This document shows, piece by piece, positions 49,031 to 61,834 of a stretch of DNA of 64,000 nucleotides. The DNA is from Octopus sinensis (Eukaryota), in contig NC_043007.1 in assembly GCF_006345805.1 (NCBI RefSeq), positions 992,001 to 1,056,000 on the forward strand, written 5' to 3'. The translations under genes were made by a program, and so were the position numbers. Every line of letters starts with the position of its first letter. The first letter of the stretch is position 1. Below the pieces are notes generated by a model. It saw only the letters and a program-made list of their open reading frames with translations. It searched no databases and was not told where the DNA came from.

Positions 49031-52000
49031 GATATGGCTTAATGTCTATGTTGAATGATAATCGTTAAAAAGAAGAAAAAAAATGTTAATTAAAAGAACT
49101 ACTTATTATGGCTGTCAACCTACGTCTAAGAACATCGCAAGAATTACTGGAACAAGAGATAATCCTGAGAAACAGGCAGAAGACCCAAAAAAAAAGTAAG
49201 AAAGAAAAAATTTCCAGTTTTGGTTTCTGGTTGACATGAATGTCACAACATCTGATTTCACTCTTTCCTAAAGACACACACAAGGCTTTTGTGGCAAGAC
49301 TAAGGAATCCAATATATTCACTATATGGTTTCTTATTTCTTTATTGCCCACAAGGGGCTAAACATAAAGGGGACAAACAAGGATGGACAAAGGGATTAAG
49401 TCGATTACATTGACCCCCAGTGTGTAACTGGTACTTAATTTTATCGACCCCCGAAAGGATGAAAGGCAAAGTCGACCTCGGCGGAATTTGAACTCAGAAC
49501 GTAAAGACAGACGAAATACCTATTTCTTTACTACCCACAAGGTGCTAAACACAGAGGGGACAAACAAGGACAGACAAAGGGATTAAGTCGATTACATCGA
49601 CCCCAGTGCGTAACTGGTACTTTATTTAATCGACCCCAAAAGGACGAAAGGCAAAGTCGCCCTCGGCAGAATTTGAACTCAGAACATCATGGCAGACGAA
49701 ATACTGCTAAGCATTTCGCCCATCGTGGTAACGTTTCTGCCAGCTCACCACCTTCACTGTATGGTTGCTACAAGGCAAAGAGGTGAGAGGACTGGGCATC
49801 ACAGAGAGTGGGGCAACAAGCGTATCTAAGATGATAGTCTTAGCTACATTATAACCTTCAACAGAGACAAGAAAATAGTGGCTTGAATATTACCATATGC
49901 GATGGGATATTAAATGCATATTTTTTTGTAAAAAATGTCTCAAAAAACCACCCCAGATCCTATATGTAAAGTTGGGCCAGATATGGTGTATAAGTGTATG
50001 TACATATGTATGTGTTTGTGTGTATTTATGTATGTGTGTGTGTGCATGTATGTGCATGTGTGTGTGTGTATGTGCATGTGTGTGTGTGTGTGCATATATC
50101 ACCTTTTGACAACCAGTATAGGTTTATGTCCTTAGAGAACTTAGTGGTTCAGCAAACAGAGAATGATAGAATAAGTACCAAACCTAGAATAAGTACAGGG
50201 CAGGGGGGCTGATTTGTTTGACTGACCCCTTCAAAAAAAATGGCCCAGCACAGCTGCAGTCCACTGGCCAAAACAAAGGGAGGGTGTGGGTGCAGGGTGA
50301 GCTTCATGACCACACGGCCAAACCCGCTCCGTATCCTGGAACCATTTCATAATTTCATTATTAAATACATCAAACCAAACCCAACCCAACCACTTCTTGT
50401 TTTTATCAGTTGCGGGGCCCCCGAGAGATTAACGCAGGTTTACTGTGTGTAAACAGGTTGTAACTGATACTGGAATTTATACAAAATCAAACCCAGGCTG
50501 ACGTGAATGGGTTCTTAAATTCTGTAAATGAACAAACATGATTTGATTACTGGAGATTTATACATAGCCTCCCATGTCAGCAAGTCAAAACTTGATTTTC
50601 TTCTCCCACCCTCTCCATGTCCAATTACACTAGATATGGCCACAGGCTGTCTATGTATTGTAACTGATACTCTGTACAATTTATTCCATAAATATCAAAA
50701 TAAATATCAAATGGAAATTGCAGTTGTGATACCTGTGCCGGTGGCACATATAAAGCACCATCCGAACGTGGCTGATGCCAGCACCGCCTTGACTGGATTC
50801 TGTGCCGGTGGCACGTAAAAAGCATGAACCGATTGTGGCCGTTGCCAGCCTTCCCTGGCACGTAAAAAGCACCAACCGATTGTGGCTGTTTCCAGCCTCC
50901 CCTGGCACCTGTGCCGGTGGTACGTAAAAAGCACCTACTACACTCACGGAGTGGTTGGTGTTAGGAAGGGCATCCAGCTGTAGAAACTCTGCCAGATCAG
51001 GTCGAACCGTCCAACCCATGCTGGCACGGAAAACAGACGTTAAACGATGATGATGATGTTTGTGTGCGTGTATGTGTGTACCATCATCATTGTTTTAATG
51101 TCCACTTTTTCGTGTCCACAAGGGACAGGTGGCATTTGGTGAGACAGAATTTTTAGGATGGGAAGCCCCTCCTTTCACCAACCCTCACTTGTCTCCAAGC
51201 AAAACAATACAGCACCATGACCAGACACGTTTGCATGAAAGATTGGAAACAAAGGATACTGTTTGTCCGACAGCGAAACCCATTTATAACAATCCACTCA
51301 TGAGGCTTGCTAGAAACTGAAAGAAGCCCATCGTATGTATGTGTGTGTATATGTTTGTGTCTGTGTTTGTCCCACCAACGTCGCTTGACAACCGATGCTG
51401 GTCTGTTTACATCCCCATAACATAGCGGTTCAGCAAAAGAGACTGATAGAATAAGTACTAGGCTTACAAAGAATAAGTCCTGGTGTCGATTTGCTCGACT
51501 AAAGGCACTGCTCAAGCATGGCCACAGTCAAATGACTGAAGCAAGTAAAACAGTCAAGAGTAAAAAGACTACTATGAAATTGGTACTTGGAATATAAATT
51601 AATATAAAATTTTCAAAGTTTTAATTTAGATCAATTTAAAAGAGGAAGTTTTGTATCATAGAAACAGGGGCTGTCTCACATGGGCTGACATCAAAAGAAA
51701 TGATATTGAAGATTATACCAAACATTTCATTTTCTTATTTTTTGCATTTTTTAGTTTTATTGTTGTTTCACACAAATTATTCTATCTTTGAAGCCACGTC
51801 TTTTAATGTGTCAACGTAATAATGAATAATATGATTAAAAGCCTCCTCCCAAGAGGATAAGCTAGCGATCTGCTTATTTATATTATAAACTAAATTTCTA
51901 AGGATTATTGGAAGATGTTTGGAATGTATATTAATATATTCCAGTATCTCATTAGATCTACTAAAGGGACACTGTTTACCCTAAGGAAAACAGGGTTTGT

Positions 52001-53879
52001 AAGCAGTGTCTCTATGGATTAAGGGGTGGATTTTAGTAGGGAAATAGCAACAGCACATTTTACTGAATAGATTCTGTTCATCATCAAGTGTTTTAAATCC
52101 GGGTTTTATCCCTGTTAAATGGGGTGGCCAGATCTACCTCAGTGCCATAGCAACTGTCCTTAAACTATCTTGCCTGGTTTTGGGTGTCTCCCCCTTCTCA
52201 AACCAACCCTCCCAATATCCTCCTCCACCTGTCCTGTCCACGTTTGTTATCATTTAAATAAAAAACTCGTTTACTTGTTTCAGTCATTTGACTGTGGCCA
52301 TGCTGGAGCACTGCCTTTAGTCAAGGAAATCGACCCCCAGGACTTATTCTTTGTAAGCCTAGTACTTATTCTATTGGTCTCTTTTTGCCAAACCGCTAAG
52401 TTACGGAGATGTAAACACACCATCGGTTGTCAAGCGATGTTGGGGGGACAAACACAGACACACAAACACATATATGACAGGCTTCTTTCAGTTTCCGTCT
52501 ACCAAATCCACTCACAAGGTTTTGGTCAGCCCGAGGCTATAGTAGAAGACACTTGCCCAAGGTGCCGCGTAGTGGGACTGAACCCGGAACCATGTGGTTG
52601 GTAAGCAAGCTACTTACCACACAGCCGCTCCTACGCCTATATTTGAAAATGGGAAAACAGTTTTGTAGCTGTAGTGAAGAAAAATAAAAGGCAACGACTA
52701 TGTAATGGAAGATTGTCAGAGAAGGTCACAGGTTTATTTGGTTTTAACATTGTCAAAACAGAAGAATAAAATGTGGGTGATTCCAAAAGAAAACAATACT
52801 GTCCCAGAGTAAAAGAGTAAAAGAGTTGTCAAATACAATTAATGAAATGGCTACTTACAGCGCAGAACCAAGAAGAGTTTCGGACAACTAATTTAAACCT
52901 TATATGGTAGTTGTTAAGAACACAAAAGAAAGTAGTTAAATGAATTGTCAGGTCTTACTTAATGGAATGATATAAGAAATGTTGGCCTAACATTGTTGAA
53001 CTGGTGAGTCACATATATACGTACATACATTCACATGTATGGAAGGCAAATGTTAAATGATGACGAAAAAAAATATATATATATACATACATACATACAC
53101 ACACACTTATACACATATCATTATCATCATCATCATTTAATGTCCGTTTTCCATGCTAGCATGGGTTGGATGGTTCGACCGGGGTCTGGGAAGCCAGGAG
53201 GCTGCACCAGGGTCCAATCTGATCTGGCAGTGTTTCTACAGCTGGATGCCCTTCCTAACGCCAACCACTCCGTGAATGTAGTAGGTACTTTTTATGTGCC
53301 ACCAGCACAAGGGCCAGAGGAGGCTGGCAATGGCCACAATCGGTTGGTGTGTTTTATGTGCCACCGGCACAGAAGCCAGTAAAGGCAGCGCTGGCATTGG
53401 CCATGTTCGGATGGTGCTAAATATATATATATATAGATTTTTCTCACTCACACACACAGGGGTTTCTTATGTTTTCTGTCGACCATATTCCACTTGGTCA
53501 GCACAAGGTTACAGTTGAAGACACCTGCCAGGTGGTACCAGATATGAAACCATGTAGTTCCAAACAGCTTCTTCACATCACAACAATGAACAAACACACA
53601 CCATCATTATCCTCATCACCACCACCACCATTGTCAACATCACAATCATGACCACCACCACCACCATCCATTTCTCCAGGCATCCACTCAGAAAGGATTG
53701 GTCAATACAATAGAAAACACTTGCAGGAGATACCAAACAGCAAGACCAAGTCTGGAACCACATGACTGTAAAGCAAACGTCTTTAAGCACACAGCCCCAG
53801 CTACAGCTAAATGTATGTAGCAAACTCATTTTAGAACTTCAATTGGAAATAGCTCAATCATGAAGCAACTGGTTATTAT

Positions 53880-54305
53880 TAGTTCTTTATTTAAGAGATG
53901 AGTAATTATGTACATTATTTACATTTGACGGGTATTTCTCGTCTTGTTTGTTGTTAACATAACGTTTCGGCTGATATACCCTCCAGCTTTCATCAGGTGT
54001 CTTGGGGGAAATTCTGAACCTGGGTTCTCATTCCTAAGGTATTTTTCAATGTTATTATTATTATTATTCAGGTCACTGCCTGGAATTGAACTTGGAATCT
54101 TGGGGTTAGTAGCCCGCGCTCTTAACCACTACACCCACAGGCAGGCAGTGGTGTGAATAATAATAATAACATTGAAAAATACCTTAGGAATGAAAACCCA
54201 GGTTCAAAATTTCCCCAAGACACCTGATGAAGGCTGGAGGGTATATCAGCCGAAATGTGTTAACAACAAACAAGATGAGGACAAATATCCATCAAATGTA
54301 AATAA
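53880..54305. mobile_element. tRNA-headed hammerhead SINE plus inverted headless copy
   Basis: Minus copy 53880-54136 (head 54071-54136, motif 53956-54001); plus copy 54154-54305 (motif 54219-54261). Confidence 0.8.
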
Positions 54306-55570
54306 TGGTTATTATTACACAGTGGCTAGAGGGGGGGGGGTGGATTGTCTGACTCATTGGAGATTTTGTCTCGATATAAAAGCAATTTCAAAGAAGTTTT
54401 GGTTAGTTCCTAGTTGGCCCTGGTTCAGCAGACTTATGATTTGAAGACTTGTCGTGACCATTCTGTATTTTTTCCCTTGGTCAAAGAATTGAACAAACAT
54501 TGTAAAGTGGTGAGGTGCGATTTGAAGAAGATTTAACTGTTACTTTTAGCTGAGTGTCATTTTAACCAATTATGTAGAAGCTACCCAACTGAATTGACTT
54601 TTAGCTTAAGAATAATCACTGTATTTTTAGATATCACAAAAACAAAAAAAGGGGGGGGGGAGCATGGGTAAGATTTGATCCTGGGAACAGTGATGTAGGC
54701 ATTGGACTAAATAAAGCAGTAAAGCACCATCTGTGCAGTCCAGCTAATTTCTCTTTCATCTCCACAACCCATTAATAATTGGCAGGTGCATCTCTGGGTT
54801 TGGAAATTAATTTGAAACTAATTTGTGTCAGGGACGGGGTAGCTTGTGGGTAGCTTGTGACAGGGTAGCTTGTGTCAGTGTACCATTCAACAGAGACAGA
54901 CAGGCAGACACATACATATACATGCACAGACGCACAGACACATACATATACATGCACAGCCGCACAGACACACCCACACACATCAGGCTTCTTTCATATT
55001 CCTAACCCTCCTTTACACCCCTGTTTTTTGATGGGGTGAATGTGGTTGTAATGTGGTGAAAGCAAGGGACTTGACAATGGAATGCTACCGGAATTAGGGT
55101 TCAAAAAAAAAAAGAAGGAGAAACAGAAAAAGGGGTGGCATGAAGGAGCTTGTAGGTAAGGTGGATGGGTGGAGGGAAGAAAGAGCCCCCCCCCAGCAGA
55201 GAAGAGGTGAGAGATGGAATGGAAGGAGGAACAGGAAAGTGGAAGGATAAGAATAATAGGGAGCATTGGAGGTGAGGTGAGGTGCGATGGGGGTGGGAGT
55301 GGATGTAGAGAGGTGAAATGCAGGGGTGGGGATATTGGCTGATAATAAGTGGGACAGGGGCAGATAACCTTGAGTAGACATGGAATGTAAAGACCAGTGT
55401 AGTGATGATGATGATGATGATGAAAATAAAAAGGCAAAGTCAACATTTGGCTTGGGTATGAGGGGGGGAGGGATAAAGGGGGAAAAAAAAAAGAATGAAA
55501 GGAGGGAAAATGAGGGGTACAAACAGGGGCAAAACAACAATAATAAAGATTCCCATAACTTAGTGTCAGG

Positions 55571-55815
55571 GTGTTGACTGACAACTACAATGATGATGAT
55601 TATGATGATGATTATGATGGTGATGATGATTATGATGGTGATGATGATTATGATGGTGATGATGATGGTGGTGGAGATGGTGGTGGTGGTGGTGGTGGTG
55701 ATAGTGGTGGTGATGTTGGTATTGGTGATGATGGTGGTGGTGGTGATGGTGGTGATGATGATGGTGGTGGTGATGATGGTGGTGGTGGTGGTGATGTTGG
55801 CAGTGGTGGTGTGAT
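55571..55815. repeat. Compound (GAT)n/(GGT)n microsatellite
   Basis: Source of the poly-His/Thr/Asp/Gly ORFs in the track. Confidence 0.9.
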
Positions 55816-56525
55816 GATTCCACAAAGTTAGGGGGAAAATATATCTAGAGAGTCAGACATCAACAGAAATGACAGAATTAAAGAGAAGGGATTACTACCA
55901 TGTTGATTTGTACAGGATGAGAAAATTTGGGGGTCTCACCATCTAACAAGAAATAAAAAAAAGGGCTCCCCCCACCCATGCCACCAGGTGAAGTGGGGGC
56001 GGTAGAGAGTATAGGGTAGGAACTGAATACCAACGGTGGGGCATTATAACCAAGCTGACTCATCTAATATATTATAAACCCCCAAAGCTGTGATGAGGGA
56101 AGTTGGGACCCTTTTTTTTTCATTTTTTGCTGTTTTCTGTTTTTTTTGGCGCCCTAATGTGTGCAACATGAACAGAATCAGAGCAGAAGTACACACATAC
56201 ACAAATATATACACGTGTCTGTACATGTATACACAAAACCAATGACCAAATGATAGAATTTAGCAAAAGCACGGAAAGAATGTACAAGACATAAAAAAAC
56301 AATAACAAAAAACAAACAAAAACCCTCCGAAACGATAAAAGGAAAACAATGCTCCCCCCCACCTAACACCTCATTATATATATATATACACACATATATA
56401 TATATATATATTTATTTACATATATACAAATATATTTATATAAGTATACATATATATGTATATCATCATCATCATCATCATCTATTTATATATCTATATA
56501 TAAGTATATATACACAGAGATATAA

Positions 56526-56562
<37 letters not shown>

Positions 56563-58234
56563 CACATACACACACAGATCTAAGTATATTTATACACATC
56601 GAGATCTAAGTATATTTATACACAGAGATCTAAGTATATATATATATATTATATATATATATATATATACATATATACATACATACACAAATGGGGTGTA
56701 TTACATATGCACACTCACACACACACTGAATAATAAAAGCCCCTACCAGGAAGACTTTTAACGATAAGCAACTAAACTATAAATAATCAATAAGCCATAC
56801 TTTCATTCTCCTTACCACAGTTGCCCTGCCCCCTTCTATCTCTCTCCCCCACCCACTATTATTGTTATTATTATTATTATTAGTTTTGTTGTTGTTGCAG
56901 TTCTTGTTATTGTGGAAGTAATTTACTAACAGAAAGCCAGTCTGTTGATTAAAACTACAGATATAGGAGGGGGGGGGGGAAATGGTTTGTTAGCTTTCCA
57001 TCAGAGATTAAACACACACACACACTGAGTACAGGCATAGATTTCTGCATAGCTCTGCCCCCCCCCCCTACACAGAATAAAATAGCTCCACTGTGTAGCA
57101 GGATTTTCACTGAATTATCTTTGTGAAGAGGGGGCTGCATGGGTAACAGGATAAGTGGAGAGTAATAGGAGTGGGGAAGTTGGTGGTGGCACTTGGGGTG
57201 GTGGTGGTACTACTACTACTAATACTATTGGTAGTAGTAGTAGGAGTAGTACTAAGATTAGCGATGGCTCAGGTGGTAGTGGTTGTGTGTGTGTGTGTGG
57301 GGGGGTAATAGTGGGAGATGTCATTTCTCTTTTACTTGTTCCAGTCATTGGACTGTGGCCATGCTAGAGCCCCACTTTGAGGGGCTTTTGTTGAAAAAAA
57401 AAGAGGACAAAAATCAATCTCAGGACTTAAATTCACTTTCCATTAACCAAATCCACTCACACGGCTTTGGTCCACCCAAGGCTCTAACAGAAGACACTTG
57501 CTCAAGGTGCCATGCAGTGGGACTGAACCCAGAACCATGTGGTTGGGAAGCAAGCGTCCTACTACACAGTCATGCCTAAAAACAATTATTCTAATTAGAC
57601 TCTTATGCTCCAGTTCCCTTCCAGCTGAACCCCTATTGGTCATATCAAACTCACCAGCCTGGAAAGACCATGGGCACTGTCCCCTCTCTCTGATTAAATT
57701 ATAAACACAAATCTGTCTGGAGTGTATGCTGCTCTTGGTGTGGGGACATGTGCCATTGCTGCAGCCACCATTTGTCCAATATTTGCTCAGATCATCCCAG
57801 GTAACCCTCTGAACAGTGTCCCAGTCCATCTCTGCAAGATACTTCATCATTTGCCATGACCACGTAGCATGTGGCCAACCAACAGGAGCCATCACTCCTG
57901 CTGGATTCTCAGAGAAGAGACCCAACAGAAAAAATTGTGGAAAATGACCACCAGCAATGGTCATGTTGGTCTGTTCTGGGAGCTAAAGAAATTTATATGT
58001 GAAGATGCTTTTTTTTTTTGTGTTTCTTATTTAAAAACCTGAGGACATTTGTTGAAGGAGAATTAAGCTGTTATTTTGAGGAAATCAAACCCCTATAAAG
58101 AATAAAGTTCTAGTTATTGTTATTTTCAGTCCTGGGTCAGTTCAGATTGAACACAAATCATCGAAAGTGTTCTGACTCCACATCCTGTCTGTATTTTTAC
58201 AATTTTCTTTTTTACCCAGGCATGTATGTATGTA

Positions 58235-58292
<58 letters not shown>

Positions 58293-58373
58293 TAATCTAA
58301 ACATGAAAACACAACAACGCGAGGACGTGGAACAAGTATAGTGTTATTGGACACTAGGAAAGGAAAGAGGGGG

Positions 58374-58408
58374 ATTTAACGTTTCGAGCGGAGCTCTTCG
58401 TCAGAAAC
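58374..58408 (-). ncRNA. Putative minimal type-I hammerhead ribozyme
   Basis: GUUU-CUGACGA-A-GAGC(UCC)GCUC-GAA-ACGU-U-AAAU; core present, stems I and II pair; activity untested. Confidence 0.55.
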
Positions 58409-59746
58409 ATAGAAAAAGGAAAGATCCAAGGAAGGGAAGACGGAGGGAAAAAAAAAAAAAAAAAATGCCAGCGATACACACACGATCTGTCGAATATGTG
58501 AGAATTTAAGAGAATATGCTATGATTTGAGAGTGATTTAGCTGCATTTTCTAGTAGACTGACTGACGACAATATGGAAACTCTTATGGATGTTGTAGCTA
58601 CATTGGTATTGGTGACTGGTGCCTACCAAACCAGTTTTTGCTCCAAGTGAAAGCTACAGTGCTACCAATAACCAGGTTTTTATGCTTCATCTATTTAGCT
58701 TTTATTTGTCATTAGTTAACGATGTTTCCACCTGTAGCGAATAAGAAAGAAGGAAGCATTACGAGTGAATAACCATTGAGGTTGTTGACAGAGGAACAGA
58801 ACTGTATGATGACTAGTGAAAGTAAACTATGGACATTGTCAGGCAGAACTGGTTCGGCCTGGTCTCAGAGATGTTGGAGCTCAGACATTGGATGACTAAG
58901 TAAATGAAATATGTCAGTCTGTCGTATTGCAGAAGTGGTTAGGAGGTTATGTCATGTGTGTGATGTTGTAGTTCAAGATTTGATCCTCTGTCCGGCGCCT
59001 TAAGTACGGTTGTCGTCAATTATAGTCTCGAGTTAAGCGATGCATTTGCATTCATTGCAAACATAATTTGGCAGATAAAATGTATGCAGGACCCTATTGT
59101 TCATCCGGTTCTTGACTGAGGATAGAAAGGTTCAAATGACCTGTCCTTGTTTTTTTGTATCATCTATCTGGATGTTTTGTTGTCCTTTTTGTATCACCTA
59201 GTTGTCCGGATGTTTTGCGGTCTTGGCCCATTTTGTATTTTTTATATATATATATTCTTTTACTTGTTTCAGTCATTTGACTGTGGCCATGCTGGAGCAC
59301 CACATTTAGTCGAGCAAATTGACCCCCAGGACTTATTCTTTGTAAGCCTAGTACTTATTCTATCGGTCTCTCTTATGCTAAACCGCTAAGTTACGGGGAC
59401 GTAAACACACCAGCATCGTTTGTCAAGTGATGGTGAGGGGACAAACACAGACACACACATATCTATCTATCTATCTATCTATATGAGGGGCTTCTTTCAG
59501 TTTCCATCTACCAAATCCACTCACAAGGCTTTGGTCGGCTTGAGGCTACAGTAAAAGACACTCGCCCAAGGTGCCACGCAATAGGACTGAACCCAGAACC
59601 ATGTGGTTGGTTAGCAAGCTACTTACCACACAGCTACTCCTGTGCCTATATATATATGATGGAGTCTCCTATCTAAGACGATGTATAAGTGGTCAGTGAG
59701 AAGACAGAAAAAAAGAGAAAAAAATCAACCGAATAGACAATCAACC

Positions 59747-59778
<32 letters not shown>

Positions 59779-59781
59779 GCG

Positions 59782-60325
59782 TAATTAAATCTCAGAATGA
59801 GATTGAAACAGTAATCGCTCGATAATGTAAAGTATAGAAGCCATCTTATCATGGCTAACCACATAGGGGAGGGGGTGTTACTGTAGCTTTATAGCCCCAA
59901 GAGATCTTCGTCTCTAGCTGGCTCTAGACACAATATCTGTGTCCTTGGAGTATTTGCAAAGGGAGGCCATCCCTTCCTCGCAAGCCTGAGTGATATGCTC
60001 GAACTAGTTTCGGGATTGTTGTCCCTCGTCAACAGGCGGTAACCACCAGGATGCGACGAAAGTGAAGGCTCCTTTGCAAATAGATATAAGTTTTTCTAGT
60101 GGTGTCTGCCACTGATGTCGAAAAACGAACAGTAAGCATAATTAAATCTCAGAATGAGATTGAAACAGTAATCGCTCGAAGGGATGGCCTCCCTTTGCAA
60201 ATACTCCAAGGACACAGATATTGTGTCTAGAGCCAGCTAGAGACGAAGATCTCTTGGGGCTATAAAGCTACAGTAACACCGTCTCCCCAATGTGGTTAGC
60301 CATGATAAGATGGCTTCTATACTTT

Positions 60326-60328
<3 letters not shown>
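59782..60328. mobile_element. Penelope-like pLTR-type structure with inverted and direct repeats and a hammerhead-like motif
   Basis: 151-bp IR 59826-59976/60178-60328, 41-bp direct repeat 59782-59822/60139-60179, motif 59997-60037 (-), (TA)n on both sides. Confidence 0.65.
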
Positions 60329-60364
<36 letters not shown>

Positions 60365-60672
60365 ATGACCTTTGTAAGACTAATCTTACTTCATTCATTT
60401 TAAAGATCAGCAAGATTTTTAAAAAACAATCAAAAGACATATATCTATAATACACACATACACACACATATATATAGTGAGAATTCTACAAAAAAAAAAA
60501 CAGCAAAAGATGAAGACGGGTGTGTAAACAAACAGATGTATTAGTTTAACGCTTGGGAAGTGAGAAAGTCTTTTGCATTTTGAGCCTATGCTCTTCGACA
60601 GAAAGGAACACAGAAATAAACAGGGAGAGAAAATAGGAAAAGGTTTAGTGGCTAGCGACCTATCATGGCAAG

Positions 60673-60695
<23 letters not shown>

Positions 60696-60703
<8 letters not shown>

Positions 60704-60975
60704 AAAGGGCTTAGTAAAATAAATTACTTTGCCGCATACTGAACTCATTAGAAATAGCAGCTAAAAAACTTTTTTAAGGCTATTTCTAATACTTAAAGAA
60801 AATCTCTCTCATATATAGTGTTTGCTTAATTTGTGAGTTGAATTAAGCAACACTATATATGAGAGAGATTTTCTTTAAGTATTAGAAATAGCCTTAAAAA
60901 AGTTTTTTAGCTGCTATTTCTAATGAGTTCAGTATGCGGCAAAGTAATTTATTTTACTAAGCCCTTTTATATAAT
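60696..60975. repeat. Near-perfect 280-bp palindrome in (TA)n
   Basis: Arms 60696-60831 / 60841-60975, one 1-nt indel seen, 9-nt loop. Confidence 0.92.
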
Positions 60976-61794
60976 GTAATAATTTGAATTCGCCTTGAAT
61001 GGTCCCTTTGCATACTGAACACTTGGTGAAATTGATTAATAATTAATTAATTTTGCCCTCAATTGTTGAAATTATATATATATATATATATATATACACT
61101 CTCTTATTATTTATTTATTCAAACAATTTACCTCATAGTTCAATATGTGTGTGTGTGTAAATGCATTTGTTTTTTGTTCATCCACTCAGGTAATCCATTA
61201 ATGTTTTTTTGTTCTTCTTTTCAATAAAAGCTATCTTTACTTCAAAGAAGTCTACCTCTATAAACCACACTTGCATTGCACTCATTCATAACACCATCCA
61301 AGAAGTTTTACTCAGACTCATAAACGTTATCAGAGATTAAAGAATCTTATAGTTCGACAAAGCCGGTTCATCATGAAACTTCAAAGTCCCTGTCAGTTTT
61401 TTTTTACCTATATATAAATACATATGTATGTGTGTGGGGAAGGAGGGGGGTCACATAATTTCTTCTTTTGAATTCTCAGAAATGGTACTGTTTCTGTGGA
61501 TTTCAAAGAAGAAATAATGGTAAAATAGCATTCCTAAATTTCTTTAGCTTAATCCTTTTGTTACGGTATTTCTGTTGAGATGCTCTGCGTTTCTTGCAAT
61601 TAATTTTAAATATAACAAAGAATTTAGTAAAATAACTTAAATTATCATTAAGCTGGTGTTAGGAACATAAATTGTGACGAAGGTTTGGTGGAAGATTTTA
61701 ATTCAGAAATTTTGAAAACAGGATATTTGTACTATAGAGCCAGAGAAGGTTTCAGGCAGGTTAGTATCAAAAAGGTTAATCCTGTATTGGCATC

Positions 61795-61834
<40 letters not shown>

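Noticed and set aside
48347-49283. Short ORFs with possible splice sites (MASKSLLC.., GKSEIRCC..)
   Set aside because: No homology to a plastin N-terminus and donor phases do not fit the phase-0 acceptor.
54994-55831. Long ORFs (196 aa, 243 aa, poly-His/Thr/Asp/Gly)
   Set aside because: Arise from (GAT/GGT)n and purine-skewed low-complexity DNA open in several frames; no splice-consistent domain.
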